64,000 nt of DNA from Oopsacas minuta (taxonomy: Eukaryota; Animalia; Porifera): positions 68,925 to 132,924 of the forward strand of contig JAKMXF010000353.1 of the NCBI GenBank assembly GCA_024704765.1, in the 5' to 3' direction. Below the pieces are notes generated by a model. That model worked only from the letters and a program-made list of their open reading frames with translations, ran no database searches and had not been told where the DNA came from. Below, in pieces: positions 1 through 10,747 of the stretch. Both the position numbers and the translations under genes were made by a program. Within the stretch, counting starts at the first letter, position 1. Each line of letters opens with the position of its first letter.

Positions 1-59
1 GTCTTGAGACATTTTATGCTAATTCAGAAATTGGGATTTGAATTACAATAAACATTTAA

Positions 60-245
60 CACCTGTCATATCTGAGCTCGAGGGAGCTGATAATTCCTTC
101 GAAATAACCAAGGAAGTTATATGTTTTGCTTTGACAATTTGGGACCATGTTTGTATAATATCAGACTTGGATATAGGCGGGTAATTCAATATATCCGTGT
201 TGGATATAACTGGAGTTAACTGGAGTTAACTGGAGTTGGCTGTAG
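60..245. mobile_element. MITE, CAGTCAACTCC-TIR family (Tc1/mariner-pogo-like), degenerate copy
   Basis: CCTGTCATATCTGAGCTC...GATAATT at left and GGATATAACTGGAGTTGGCTGTA at right; internal TTGACAATTTGGGACC matches the reverse complement of the 1020-1250 copy. Confidence 0.65.
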
Positions 246-595
246 TTTACTTTTCTTTGAAAGAAAACTAAGGAATTTATACACAAATATGATAATTCTG
301 CCAAGCGAATGAAAATGAGAATACAGCCTATTTTGGGCAGATAGCAAGCTGGTATAGTTTCACTGGGATCCATAGGGTCCATATAATGTTTTAATAACGG
401 TCGTGAACCGCTAGTTTAAACGGCCCACTTCAATACACGTACCATGGGGCCTATAGCCGTATAGCCGATAAGAACCTTGTGACACTAGTAGCGGTCCTAG
501 GAGAGCAAACAGGGCATTTCCCCTTGAGTGATACCCTTAAAATACAAGAGGGCAATTTTACGAGACCGAATTTTGAGTAAATTTCTTATTTTTAG

Positions 596-775
596 CGAAC
601 AGGAGAAGAAAAGGTAGCAAAAGAGCCGGCATACCTGTTATTCTATAAACAACAGGGAGAACTCAATATTGACAAAATTAGTGGGGATCTTCATAATTTC
701 GAAGATGAACCTGACAGTGATGACGAAACAGAAGAGAAAGCTGATCACCCTAGACCCAAGTGTTTTCCGATGTAA
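596..775 (+). CDS. Last coding exon of a USP-family deubiquitinase (USP32-like C-terminus)
   Basis: Acceptor TTTTTAG at 594-595, then 60 codons RTGEEKVAKEPAYLLFYKQQG...PKCFPM*. AYxLFY is the terminal motif of USP catalytic domains. Upstream exons were not recognised in the window. Confidence 0.55.
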   Translation, partial: RTGEEKVAKEPAYLLFYKQQGELNIDKISGDLHNFEDEPDSDDETEEKADHPRPKCFPM

Positions 776-1019
776 CACAAACAACAACAAACATTTGTAG
801 ATATCTTTTATAAGTCTATAATGCTTGTATGTATAAAATTGAAATCTTAAGTTCTTTTAGCTAATAGTGATTAGACCAATTATGATAGTTTATTATTTCC
901 TCAAATTTTTGGGGAGGTCTCACTGGGAGGGTCTCTGGTCAGCCCCGGGTCTGCGTGATCCTACGAATCGCCTGGGGAATTTGGTCGCCCGTGGCGGCCA
1001 TTCTAGATATTATACAAGA

Positions 1020-1250
1020 CTGTGGAATTGATATATCGAAGCTTAAGGAACCGTGATAATTACTCCGATATAACCGATAAAAAATACAATAAACTCCCGT
1101 CAGATCTAACACTGATAAATCGAATACCCGCGGATATCGAATTTCTGCAAATAAGGTCCCAAAACGTCAAAGTAACAAATATTCCATTAGTTATATTGAA
1201 GTGATTATCACGGCTCCCTTGAGCTTAGATATGACAGGAGTTGATTGTAC
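1020..1250. mobile_element. MITE, CAGTCAACTCC-TIR family
   Basis: Inverted subterminal blocks TATATCGAAGCTTAAGGAACCGTGATAATTACT and GTGATTATCACGGCTCCCTTGAGCTTAGATATGACAGGAGTTGATTGTA. Confidence 0.75.
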
Positions 1251-1414
1251 AGCGATTTTTCTAAATAAGAACTGTTATGATAGAATATTAATAATATAAA
1301 ACAAACTACAGAAGTGAACGTGTGAATATAAATGTAAATCAAACTATATTACAAAAGTCAAAACAAGCAAACAAACAAACAAACACACACACACCACACG
1401 CTAAAACAACAAAC

Positions 1415-4400
1415 TCACACAACATCAATGCTAAATGGACTCCCATAAATGTGTCCTGGTTCATCTTCATCACCCCATAATAGTTCTAATATATAGTTCC
1501 CTTTCTCTGTAGCTACAAATGAAACTGACATTGTGCCATCTTCATTTTTCATTAAGGACATTTCTGCTTTAGTTCTGCCTGATAATCTGGCACGTAGAGG
1601 CCCAGGTCCTGCCCCCTCTCCTAATAAATTGTAATGTCTCAGAAAGGTGTTATAATGTGTATATTCAATTAAATTATAGATAAACCCTCGAATCTGATAG
1701 GGTGACACATTTTGACACCAATCTCAGAGAGTTGAGAGATATCGTTTAGAAATTATAACAAGTTCCTAGATACGAAATACTCCACAAATATGCACAGTTT
1801 CAAGTTTGTAACTCTTATAAGTTCCTCAATAAATTCGAATAAACAAACAAACAAACAAATAAACTAACAACTAACCAGCTAATATTTTATAACTCGTCAG
1901 TTGGTTTACTTTAACTTCCTTCTCAAACCCAACAGCTGTAACTTTCTTCGTATCTCTAATAGCTATTCCTATCACATGTGCAATGAATGGTGACCCGCTT
2001 ATATGTTGTCCACCCCATGTAGCTTGTATAGTATAGTCCCCCGGGGCAACAGGAAGGTATTTCACCTTCATGACACCGTCTGAAGGGGTGATAACTATTG
2101 GGCCAGCTGGGTAGGGTCCTAGTACAGACACGGATAGCGGACCTGGTCCTGCATCTTCATCAATGTGTACCTAAACAGTTAACAAAAACATAAATAGAAG
2201 TGTTTTTTTGAGGCTATATTAAATAATTAATACAAACCTCGAATTCTGCGGGAACATTGACCTCTCCTTGGACAATTCCGTCCCCTGTAGTGGTACATAA
2301 GGTCCCGTCAGACACCCTACTCTCTCCTAGCACCTCAACACCCATGGGGAATCCTGGTATATCACAATCTCCCCATCTGAGATGGATATCATAGTGTCCA
2401 GCGTCTCTGTAAAAACGAATAAGATAATTTCCTTTACTACACTACAGTATCCATGGTAACAATATGGATCCCATGGGGCAACTATATGTAAGTCAGTGGG
2501 TCTGTTTCATGGGAAATTGGTCTACTCAATGGGACCATATTGGACAATGGATAGTCTACTGTCGTCAGTGGTCATATCCATGTTCAGTTAAATATGTATC
2601 AAGTATCCATAGTCCACTAATACAATTCTAACCTGCATGTATATGTAACGGTAATACTAGAATCCTCCGCTTCCTCTGCAACTATCCTTGGCTTCGTTGG
2701 CCCAGCTATCTTTATAGACAGAGGGCCAGCACCCGCGCCTGAGATAGGAATAACCTGGATACGAAGTGGTTCATTGGTATTTCCTCCTTTCAAACCATCA
2801 CCTTCTAATTTGAGCTTTGAAACATCATTTTTGGTTTCTCCACCAATATTGACAAGGAATGGCGATCCTACAGATCCATCATCCATGGTTAATTTTCTTA
2901 TACTCACATAGGAGGAGGAAATTTTTGCGAAAACAGTAGCCTATATCTGAAATTATAATTAGCCAGAGGTGTGAAAATATGATTAATCATATTTGGTTCA
3001 GTTTACCACAAAAAAACACCATTTATCAGCTGGCATAAAGTGTCGGTATATGTATGAAGGTGTGAAAATATACATGTATAAATTTACATACCAGCTATAT
3101 GAGCTTCTGCCCAGATAATCTTAACCTTATACTGTCCAGGTGAAGTTGGATGGTAGCTGACATAAATTATCTTATCCTCTTCTATCATTTCTATCGGTTC
3201 AGCTTTGCTTGGACCAAGAATATGCACTCTTAGACGAGCGACTACTGCCTCTGGACCACACCGTATGACAAAGTTACATGTTTCACCTGTAAACAAAATA
3301 ATAAACAACAATAAATCACATTATTAGCCATACATAATATCAAACCCCTCCAGTCTGATTGGTGAATACATTTTGTCACCTTTTCGCAGGGTTGTGTGAA
3401 TATTTCCGTTAGATATTTATAAATTTCAAAATGACACCATTTTCACACATACACGTGCCAAATTTTAGCCTCACCCCTTGCTGGGGTGTTAAGTTATATC
3501 TTTTTAAAATATGAATATTTTATCACCTGTATTTCCACTAATAAGCCCCATTCCATCAGCTGTACATTTGTCAGTAAACTCAGCAAAATCCACTTGGTTA
3601 TAGTAAGGTGACTTAGGAATGTGTTGTCCTGCAACCTAGATACAGAAATGGAGAATTGACACGAATACTAATAGACACTGAATTCGTCCGCTCTATCCGG
3701 TGTTCGTATTATCGACTGTATGAAGAAATAAAGAGGTGTTAAGAACTGGAACTAAGTGATTAACGTACAGTAGACATCGCTTAATAGGGTCGCTTTGGGA
3801 CTATACATTTTTTGCCATATTAATCAGAGTCTACTGTATTTACAAAACAAAACACAAACACAAACACAAACACAAACAACCTTAATTTCAATTGTGTATT
3901 CGCCAGCAACTTTAGGCGTAAACTCAACACGAATCCTGTCACCTGATTGGCTAATATCAGTAGAATTAGGCCCAGATGGACCGATAACATTCACGGTTAC
4001 ATCAGAGGGGATCAAATCTGTTCCTGAGATTTGGAACCAAGTTTTCTCGCGTGTCCTCAGGGTTCCTGTGAGTCCGGGACCTTCGGCTTTGCATCGGTGA
4101 CTCGTGCCGGCGTCCGCTGGAAGGGGTCCCTGAAGGTCTGACCCAGTAGCTACTTGATTAAGGTCAGAGAGGAGATCATCTAATGAGCTTGCAGTCTCAG
4201 AAACGGGAGGGGGAATTGGTTTGGGTGGGGGAATAACTGCTGGAGGTGGAGGTTTATTCGGTGATTTGATTGGTTGAGAGGGATAGGCTGATCGCTCTGG
4301 GATAGGAGGGCCTATAAATAGGAGAAAATATATTAACTTTCCAAAGGTAATCCCGAGAAATTAGTAAAAGGTTAGGTAGTATGTTCCCATCACAAACTAT

Positions 4401-5287
4401 TAACATACCAAGCAGTGTAGCTACTGGAGTTATAGTAGTACCCGTCAGTTTATTAGGTCCTCTTTCAAACTGTCTCTTGAGAGCTGAAACCGATATGAAA
4501 CCTTCGGTATCCTGACCAGATGTAGCCATACCCCCTTGAGCACTTGCACGACCTATAGCCCGTGCTTTTTCAGTCTTAGAGGCCACGCGGGGGGGCGAAA
4601 CCTTACTGGATTTGACATTTACTGTAACTCCTTTGTGTGGAGGCTTAGGAGGGGGATTAGAGAGGACATCAGATGGTGGAGGAGGGGGCAGATCCTCGAG
4701 CTTGTTAGGTGACCCTAAAATCAAAATCTCAAATAACCGTTCGTGAAGAATATTTAAAGTAAATAATCGTGTTATACATTTGAAAGTGTCAGAATCGAAT
4801 TATACGTCCCTGATTACCCTCATTAGCAAGTGGAAGCTAATCTCTAGGATAATTTTGAAATATTTACAAAAAGGTGTGAAAATATGATTAATCATATGAT
4901 AAATGTGTGTATAAGCACTGAATACAGTGTATTGACCAATAGAATTGCAGTCCATATGCACTCCATCAGAATCAATTTTATGCTTTTATGGCTAATTGCC
5001 AAAACCTATAATCTGATTGGGCAAAATATGTGTAAGATATTGCTTAAAATGAAAATTATAATCCATCAACATATGTATATGTAAATTTGTTGTTATTTAC
5101 CTTTAGAGAAGGTGACAACACTCTCAAACATATCACTCTGGTCAGGTGCGGGAGGGAGATCAAAGGAATCTAACAGCTCATCAGAGGGTGCGGGAGGAGG
5201 GGGCGGGGGGTCTGAAAAATCTTGTCCTATCATTTCTAGCTCAGCTAGGAGTTTCTCTGTTTCTGTGCCTAAGTCACTTTCTGTCAT
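1415..5287 (-). CDS. Multi-exon protein: N-terminal LD-motif and proline-rich region plus five filamin (Ig-like) repeats
   Basis: Exons joined by GT-AG in consistent phase (5287-5101, 4714-4409, 4311-~3880, 3635-3527, 3286-~3090, 2867-~2640, further exons to the stop at 1415). Five repeats end KSPYY, GSPFL, GFPM, GSPFI, GSPFS and contain G.GL and G.Y.I.V.W motifs. No calponin-homology domain seen. An acceptor at 5294-5295 implies an upstream exon. Confidence 0.85.
3768..3836. mobile_element. 69-bp mini-MITE in filamin-like intron
   Basis: TIR CAGTAGAC...GTCTACTG flanked by TA on both sides; same family as 17810-17914. Confidence 0.8.
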
Positions 5288-5327
5288 TACAATCTAAATA
5301 CAGATTAGGTGTGAAAATATACATATA

Positions 5328-5452
5328 GAGTTAACTCCTGTCATATCGAAGCTCAAGAGACCGTGATAATTACTTCGATATGACCAATGAAATATGTTAC
5401 TTAGAACCATATTTGTATAATTCACACTCCGATAAAACAGGAGTTGATGTGG
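5328..5452. mobile_element. MITE, CAGTCAACTCC-TIR family
   Basis: AGTTAACTCCTGTCATATCGAAGCTCAAGAGACCGTGATAATTACTTCG ... CAGGAGTTGATG. Confidence 0.75.
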
Positions 5453-6262
5453 CTTTGAGATTTGTGCCACATTGCCTAATAGGCTGCCAAAAGCGACACA
5501 ATACACAGTTTGATTATCGTATAAACCTGAATATTCTCAAAATTGATGCTTCAACCACTTCACATGACCATACCGCGTAAACTATAACCTCAAAATGGCA
5601 AAAATGTAAGTCAGAGTGTCTTCTTCCCGAAAAAGTATGTCTCACGACACCCAGTGACACACATGGGGTCCATGACCACTTGACACCCTCTGAGCCCCTG
5701 GATTTGATAAAAAACCTTTCAATGATGTGTCCACCGAAAACGAGAATAACGCGCGATAACTTTGGAGGTTGAATGATTGACATAGTTTCACACTTAAGAC
5801 ACAATATTGATCTGCTAATGAATGCATATAATGTAATCCAATTATAGTGGCATCAAATGTGGCACAGTAGTGGCATGAATTCTTATTAGTTACTGTCTTT
5901 TTGGTAATTTGGCTTCCAGCTATTTATAGCATGATTATGGCAATATTAACCATCTGCCACGTCTGAACACAATTTGATAAGAAGTGTCAGATATTCATTC
6001 TACCCAATCGCCTCGTTTTTGGCGGGATATCTCACTTCTCGGAAGTAGACAACTTTAGGAAGTGGTGGAGTATATCATAAAGTGTCGCGCTGTAACCGAC
6101 ACAACTTAAGGGGTCTATGAACACTGGTCGTGAATCACTGGTGTACAAACAAGCAAGTAAATAAGACAGTTTGTCCAAGTAAAATGAAAAAATTTATACA
6201 AAGCATGCAAATGTAAAATCTAAATAAACACAACACTACTCAATTCTTATTTACAAAACAAG

Positions 6263-6718
6263 TCAAATCCAGACAGGATAATTCCTCTGCTTTGGTAGAA
6301 TACCAGTTTTGACTCCGGCGTCTTTCCATGCTAGTATGATCTTATCCAACACCTTTCTTGTAGCTTCCTGACACTCAATCGGGACAAATACCCCTGATTC
6401 ATATTCGCATACTCCATTCACAATCCTGAAAGCGTCCCCAACGACATTATCCGGTATGACTTCAAAATCAAACAAGTAATAAAACGCGAGACGATGAAGG
6501 TCCCCGCCAAATTTTTCGGGCCCTTCCATCTGCATAAGGGTATTTACGTCCATCAAGGCCGTGTAGCCTGATTTACACTTACGGCCGTTTAGAAACCACT
6601 GTTTCTGACCATTAATCTCATATACGATACATCCAACATATGAATTGTCCGAATTGAAGCTGTGAGAAGCACATGAGAGATGCATAGTGTCAAGTGGCTT
6701 TTCTGGGCATTCAGCCAT
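6263..6718 (-). CDS. Intronless 151-aa protein of unknown function
   Basis: Uninterrupted ATG-start ORF, GC higher than flanks, globular alpha/beta-like composition, TATA-like run just upstream (6727-6745). No family recognised. Confidence 0.65.
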   Translation of the reverse strand: MAECPEKPLDTMHLSCASHSFNSDNSYVGCIVYEINGQKQWFLNGRKCKSGYTALMDVNTLMQMEGPEKFGGDLHRLAFYYLFDFEVIPDNVVGDAFRIVNGVCEYESGVFVPIECQEATRKVLDKIILAWKDAGVKTGILPKQRNYPVWI

Positions 6719-6787
6719 TTGTATGTGTTATATATTTATATAAGCTATAAATATCAACAAGCTTATTTGTTTATTTAGAATATGTAA

Positions 6788-6850
6788 GGGATCACAGGAT
6801 CTCAAAATTGGTATCGCAGTCTATGGGAGTGTCCACAGTCCACTGAAAGT
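6788..6850 (+). mobile_element. hAT-MITE fragment
   Basis: CACAGGATCTCAAAATTGGTATCGCAGTCTA matches 61437-61470, which follows a Charlie-type TIR CAGCGGTTCCCAAACTGGGG. Confidence 0.6.
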
Positions 6851-7639
6851 GTTAAAAATGTCGGGATTAAAAGCTAAGTGGTCGTTATGTAGAAGTGGCA
6901 GCTGTAGACACATATTGCCAACACTGGAAATCGCCTTAGTATCCCAGGGTTATTTATACCCACATGCATATTCTAGGGAATTTGTCAATATTGGGCGATT
7001 CTTACTTCATTTTAGGGATCCCAAAATTACAGTTGGAACCGTTGAGGGTACACAGTTGAGTAACTTCAATGACGTACATTTGAATTTCGCCGTGTGTACA
7101 AAATCCTAACTGAAACCATTCACAAATACTCATTGAATTGTCTCATTAAAGTAAACAAATATGTTTGTTTACAACTTCACGTGTGAGACAATCTATTGTT
7201 TACAGTGCATAGTAGGAATTGTTGTCTTTAATTCTGATAATATGGACATAGCCAGAACTAAATATGGAAATATAAATGTCAATTACTAAATATAGTGGCA
7301 GTTTAGTGGCAGTTTAGTGGCATTATAAGAATCCTGTTCACAAATCTTAGAAGTGTACTATTACATACAGAAAACTTGTATTCGGGCGAGACGGTTGGTC
7401 ATCATTTCTTAGAGTAAGATATCGCTTCCATATTGAGTTAGAGTTTAAGAGACTTATGTGTCAATTTTCAGCTGGTGACGCCTGCCAAATCTGCAATCAA
7501 CCCCGATCAATACAGACCCTTGTTTATGACAAGAATCATGCATAAGTGATTAAAATTACTCTGATAAATACAGGTTGCTAGGGTCGGAATTATTAGCAGG
7601 CCCAACGTAATTATAAATATGCTAGCACTAATTTTTACA

Positions 7640-7700
7640 CATTCTGTGGACCCCTCCCATAGAGTGCAATACAAATTGTGAGATCTTGTGGACCCCATGA
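7640..7700 (-). mobile_element. hAT-MITE fragment, inverted relative to 6788-6850
   Basis: GGACCCCTCCCATAGAGTGCAATACAAATTGTGAGATCTTGTGGACCCC is the reverse complement of the same family. Confidence 0.6.
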
Positions 7701-7998
7701 TGATGTCCGTGTATCACCAATGGGTCCATGACGCCAGGTTGAGATACCTGGATTATACAAAAAAGGTGTCAATATTGAATAAAAATCTTAGAATACTTTT
7801 AACTATATAAGGTGATGAAAGTGGCCTTTATGAAATTAGAGGAACATTTTGAAGAATTCAAATAGTTTTGTCATAATGCCCACAATTCCAAAGAATAAAA
7901 TGATAATATATAAACTCTCAAAGAAAGCCAGAAGCCAATGACACAAAAGAAATTAAACTCAAATATTATGCCACCGAAAAGTGTCAGCTACGTGACAC

Positions 7999-8006
7999 TA
8001 TATAAA
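7999..8006 (+). promoter_or_regulatory. TATA box candidate for the MBL-fold gene
   Basis: TATATAAA about 33 nt upstream of the ATG at 8039. Confidence 0.35.
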
Positions 8007-8038
8007 CAAACCACTTTCCAAAATTGGTAAAATTGAGA

Positions 8039-9073
8039 ATGCAGAACTTACTTCAGATAATTTTGTTGTTGACAACATTATCCGCTTTTGGAAATGCTAT
8101 TCAAATCGTGGACATCAACCTGGACGATACACAGCCCCAATATGTCCAAAACCTCGGTCTTATGCCAAACCCAGATTCCTATCTTCACATTTACGCGTTA
8201 CCCGTTGGTGACGGAGACTCCACTCTGATCCAGTGCCCTGGCGGCGATCTAATAGTGATCGACATGGGTACCAATTCGGCTGGTTCAGGATGGTCTCCTT
8301 ATCAAGTCAAAACTTGGTTGGGTAATAATATAAACTTCATAAGCACGATTGTTGTCACGAAAGCGAGTAAAGATCACTACAATTATCTTCCAACTGTACT
8401 CAAAGACAATATGAATATGAACCGTATCATTTTAGGAGGGAAGAGTTCAGACTACACAGGCAATGAATTCGTAACTTGGGTGAACCAAAGGGCACACGTT
8501 AGAGAATATGTGAATAATCAAATCCCTTGTATAACTAATTGTAAGACAGATCCACCCCAGTGTCAAGGTAGTAACGGGACAGTAAAATTCAGATTTTTAG
8601 GGGCGAATCTTGGATCGGATGCGGCGGGCAGGAGTATACTATTACAGCTGTCTGTTGGTAACAGTTTTAAACTATTTTTCCCAGGGGATTTCCAAGGAAC
8701 AGATATTGAGGATTTGGTTATGAATGAATGGATTTGGATGGGAAGTTCGATTGAATCGACACATTACAAGATGTCAAACAGAGGTACTGGACAGAACTCA
8801 AACAATTTCGAATTTCTGAAGGCAATACGTCCCAAATACGCTTTCACAAGCAGTCGCTATCCGAGTAAATCATACGGACCGGAGTGTAGCACAATAAACC
8901 GACTTCTCTCCGTTGGAACGATTGGAAAACGGTCAAATTCTGGTAGATACGCTTGCTACAACTCAAATGCAAAAGCTACGATGCAGTATGATAATTGGGT
9001 ATATGACATTTACACAACATCACCGTATCCCAGTCAGATTGAAATTCTTCAAATTGATGTCCCCATATATTAA
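8039..9073 (+). CDS. Secreted ComEC/Rec2-type metallo-beta-lactamase-fold protein with degenerate metal site
   Basis: Signal peptide MQNLLQIILLLTTLSAFGNA; motifs LHIYALPVGDGDSTLIQCP..LIVIDMG, VVTKASKDHYNYL, FPGDF, YKMSNRGT...FLKAIRPKYAFTS follow the ComEC MBL motif order; single exon. Confidence 0.8.
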   Translation: MQNLLQIILLLTTLSAFGNAIQIVDINLDDTQPQYVQNLGLMPNPDSYLHIYALPVGDGDSTLIQCPGGDLIVIDMGTNSAGSGWSPYQVKTWLGNNINFISTIVVTKASKDHYNYLPTVLKDNMNMNRIILGGKSSDYTGNEFVTWVNQRAHVREYVNNQIPCITNCKTDPPQCQGSNGTVKFRFLGANLGSDAAGRSILLQLSVGNSFKLFFPGDFQGTDIEDLVMNEWIWMGSSIESTHYKMSNRGTGQNSNNFEFLKAIRPKYAFTSSRYPSKSYGPECSTINRLLSVGTIGKRSNSGRYACYNSNAKATMQYDNWVYDIYTTSPYPSQIEILQIDVPIY

Positions 9074-9834
9074 CAATTTTCACACCTTGTGTTCATTTTT
9101 GATACCACATTATTTTGTCACTAGTAAACTGTGTTTGCATACTTCATTAAACTCCAATAGATGTAGTGTATTTTTGAATAAGGGGTTTTCGTCCGAACCA
9201 AAAACTCTTTTCGGAATTTCTGTGAGATTTATTAAGACAATCAGGATTTGTTTGTCAGATTAAATGGGCATTTCTTTCGGGTATAATTTTTAGTTTTGGC
9301 GCCTTAAATTTGTCCAAATTCTAAATATAGTAACAACTATGAGAAATGCTTAACAGATAATTAATAGCAAAAATAACCTGTAATTGTTTTCTGTATATAT
9401 TCGCCGGTAAAAATGTGTAAATATAACAGCCCAAGGGTGTTGACAAGTGGAACCATAAACAGCAATAAACATTGAATTATTGTATTCAAATCTTGATAAC
9501 ATCTGCTGGCATTCAATCGCGAGACAATAGGCCACTTTCCAACCATATGGCCACTATTAGAGCCACATTATCAATGAGATTAGTAATCATAGAAATGTGT
9601 TTATGAGAACTTTGAATAAATGTAATACACTATTCACCTGATCCTCATGTCAACTACTAATGATTACCCAAACTATGATATGCTTTTCAAATCGGGCTTC
9701 GATCGACTTTATATTGAAACCATATCGAAAATACGACGTATCTGCCGCCATATGGCTGATACAGGCTTCATAGAATGGTATTACGTGAGTTTAGAAAGGT
9801 AGTAATAGGAATTGATAAGGCCAATGTTGGTTGT

Positions 9835-10189
9835 AAACTTGTTTCAGCTCCACCGCCCGCATCAAGTTTATCTGTCACATGAATAGTGTCATTATTGGAA
9901 ATTCAATTACACAATATATTTACTAACTAACGGGTGAATAATAGTGATTTATATCCACAGACCTCCTTTAACACGCTTAATTAACATCAGTATGTCCTCT
10001 CTAATTGTCCGTTTCGGACCCTATTGACCACTGGTGGACAATTAGAGAGGAACAACCGTATTTGGAAGTAGAGTCATTGAAATATTTCATGAATTGAACA
10101 CTTTGTATTTATGATAACTCACAAAATAATGAATTGCTGCCTTCCCAGCTGCATGCTTAGATAGACATTAGGGGAGCTGAAACAAGTTT
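9835..10189. mobile_element. MITE with 17-bp TIR
   Basis: AAACTTGTTTCAGCTCC (9835-9851) and GGAGCTGAAACAAGTTT (10173-10189); a related end lies at about 48425. Confidence 0.7.
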
Positions 10190-10747
10190 CTCATTAACAG
10201 ATGTCTAAAGATTTGGTAATATTGTTAAGTTCTACCTTCCAAGGATTTCTGGATTATTTTACAGAAATTCAGGGAAGAATTATGATTTGAGAATTCAATA
10301 CAAATTCTGTGCTTTTTTTCCAAAATAATCAGTGAAGTTTATATTCTCTTGTAACTGGGACTGTGAGTTAAATGTGGGGACTTTGTGGAGGTACGGGGGG
10401 GGGCAGTCCCTATGGACATGACCTGTGTTTCCCCAAAGCTCGTTAATCACGTCATTTTCGCGATAATAATATCTAGCTGCGCTAAAATGAAGACTCCATG
10501 CATAGGGTAAGAATGTGTATAAGCAACAGAGGCCCCACTCAATCCTAATGAACGCGAAATATCCTATGGGAGCAAGCCCCTACCAATAGTGACGAACACC
10601 CTCGGGGCAGATTTTGTATGTCAAAATGGGTCCCTTGTTGTTATGTTTAATCGAACGTATTAACTTACTAACACCACACAGATTAATATATTACATCAGA
10701 GATATTACAATAGAAAATATTAAGATTCTTGCAAATAATGAATTATT

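Noticed and set aside
2908-2946. 39-nt AG/GT-flanked candidate cassette exon in a filamin-like intron
   Set aside because: Inclusion makes TGA at the junction and leaves a 40-nt intron, shorter than any other here; treated as cryptic without RNA data.
8039-9073. MBL gene as bacterial contamination
   Set aside because: Embedded among eukaryotic genes and host MITEs, with host-like AT content, a TATA box and no operon context; misassembly cannot be fully excluded without reads.
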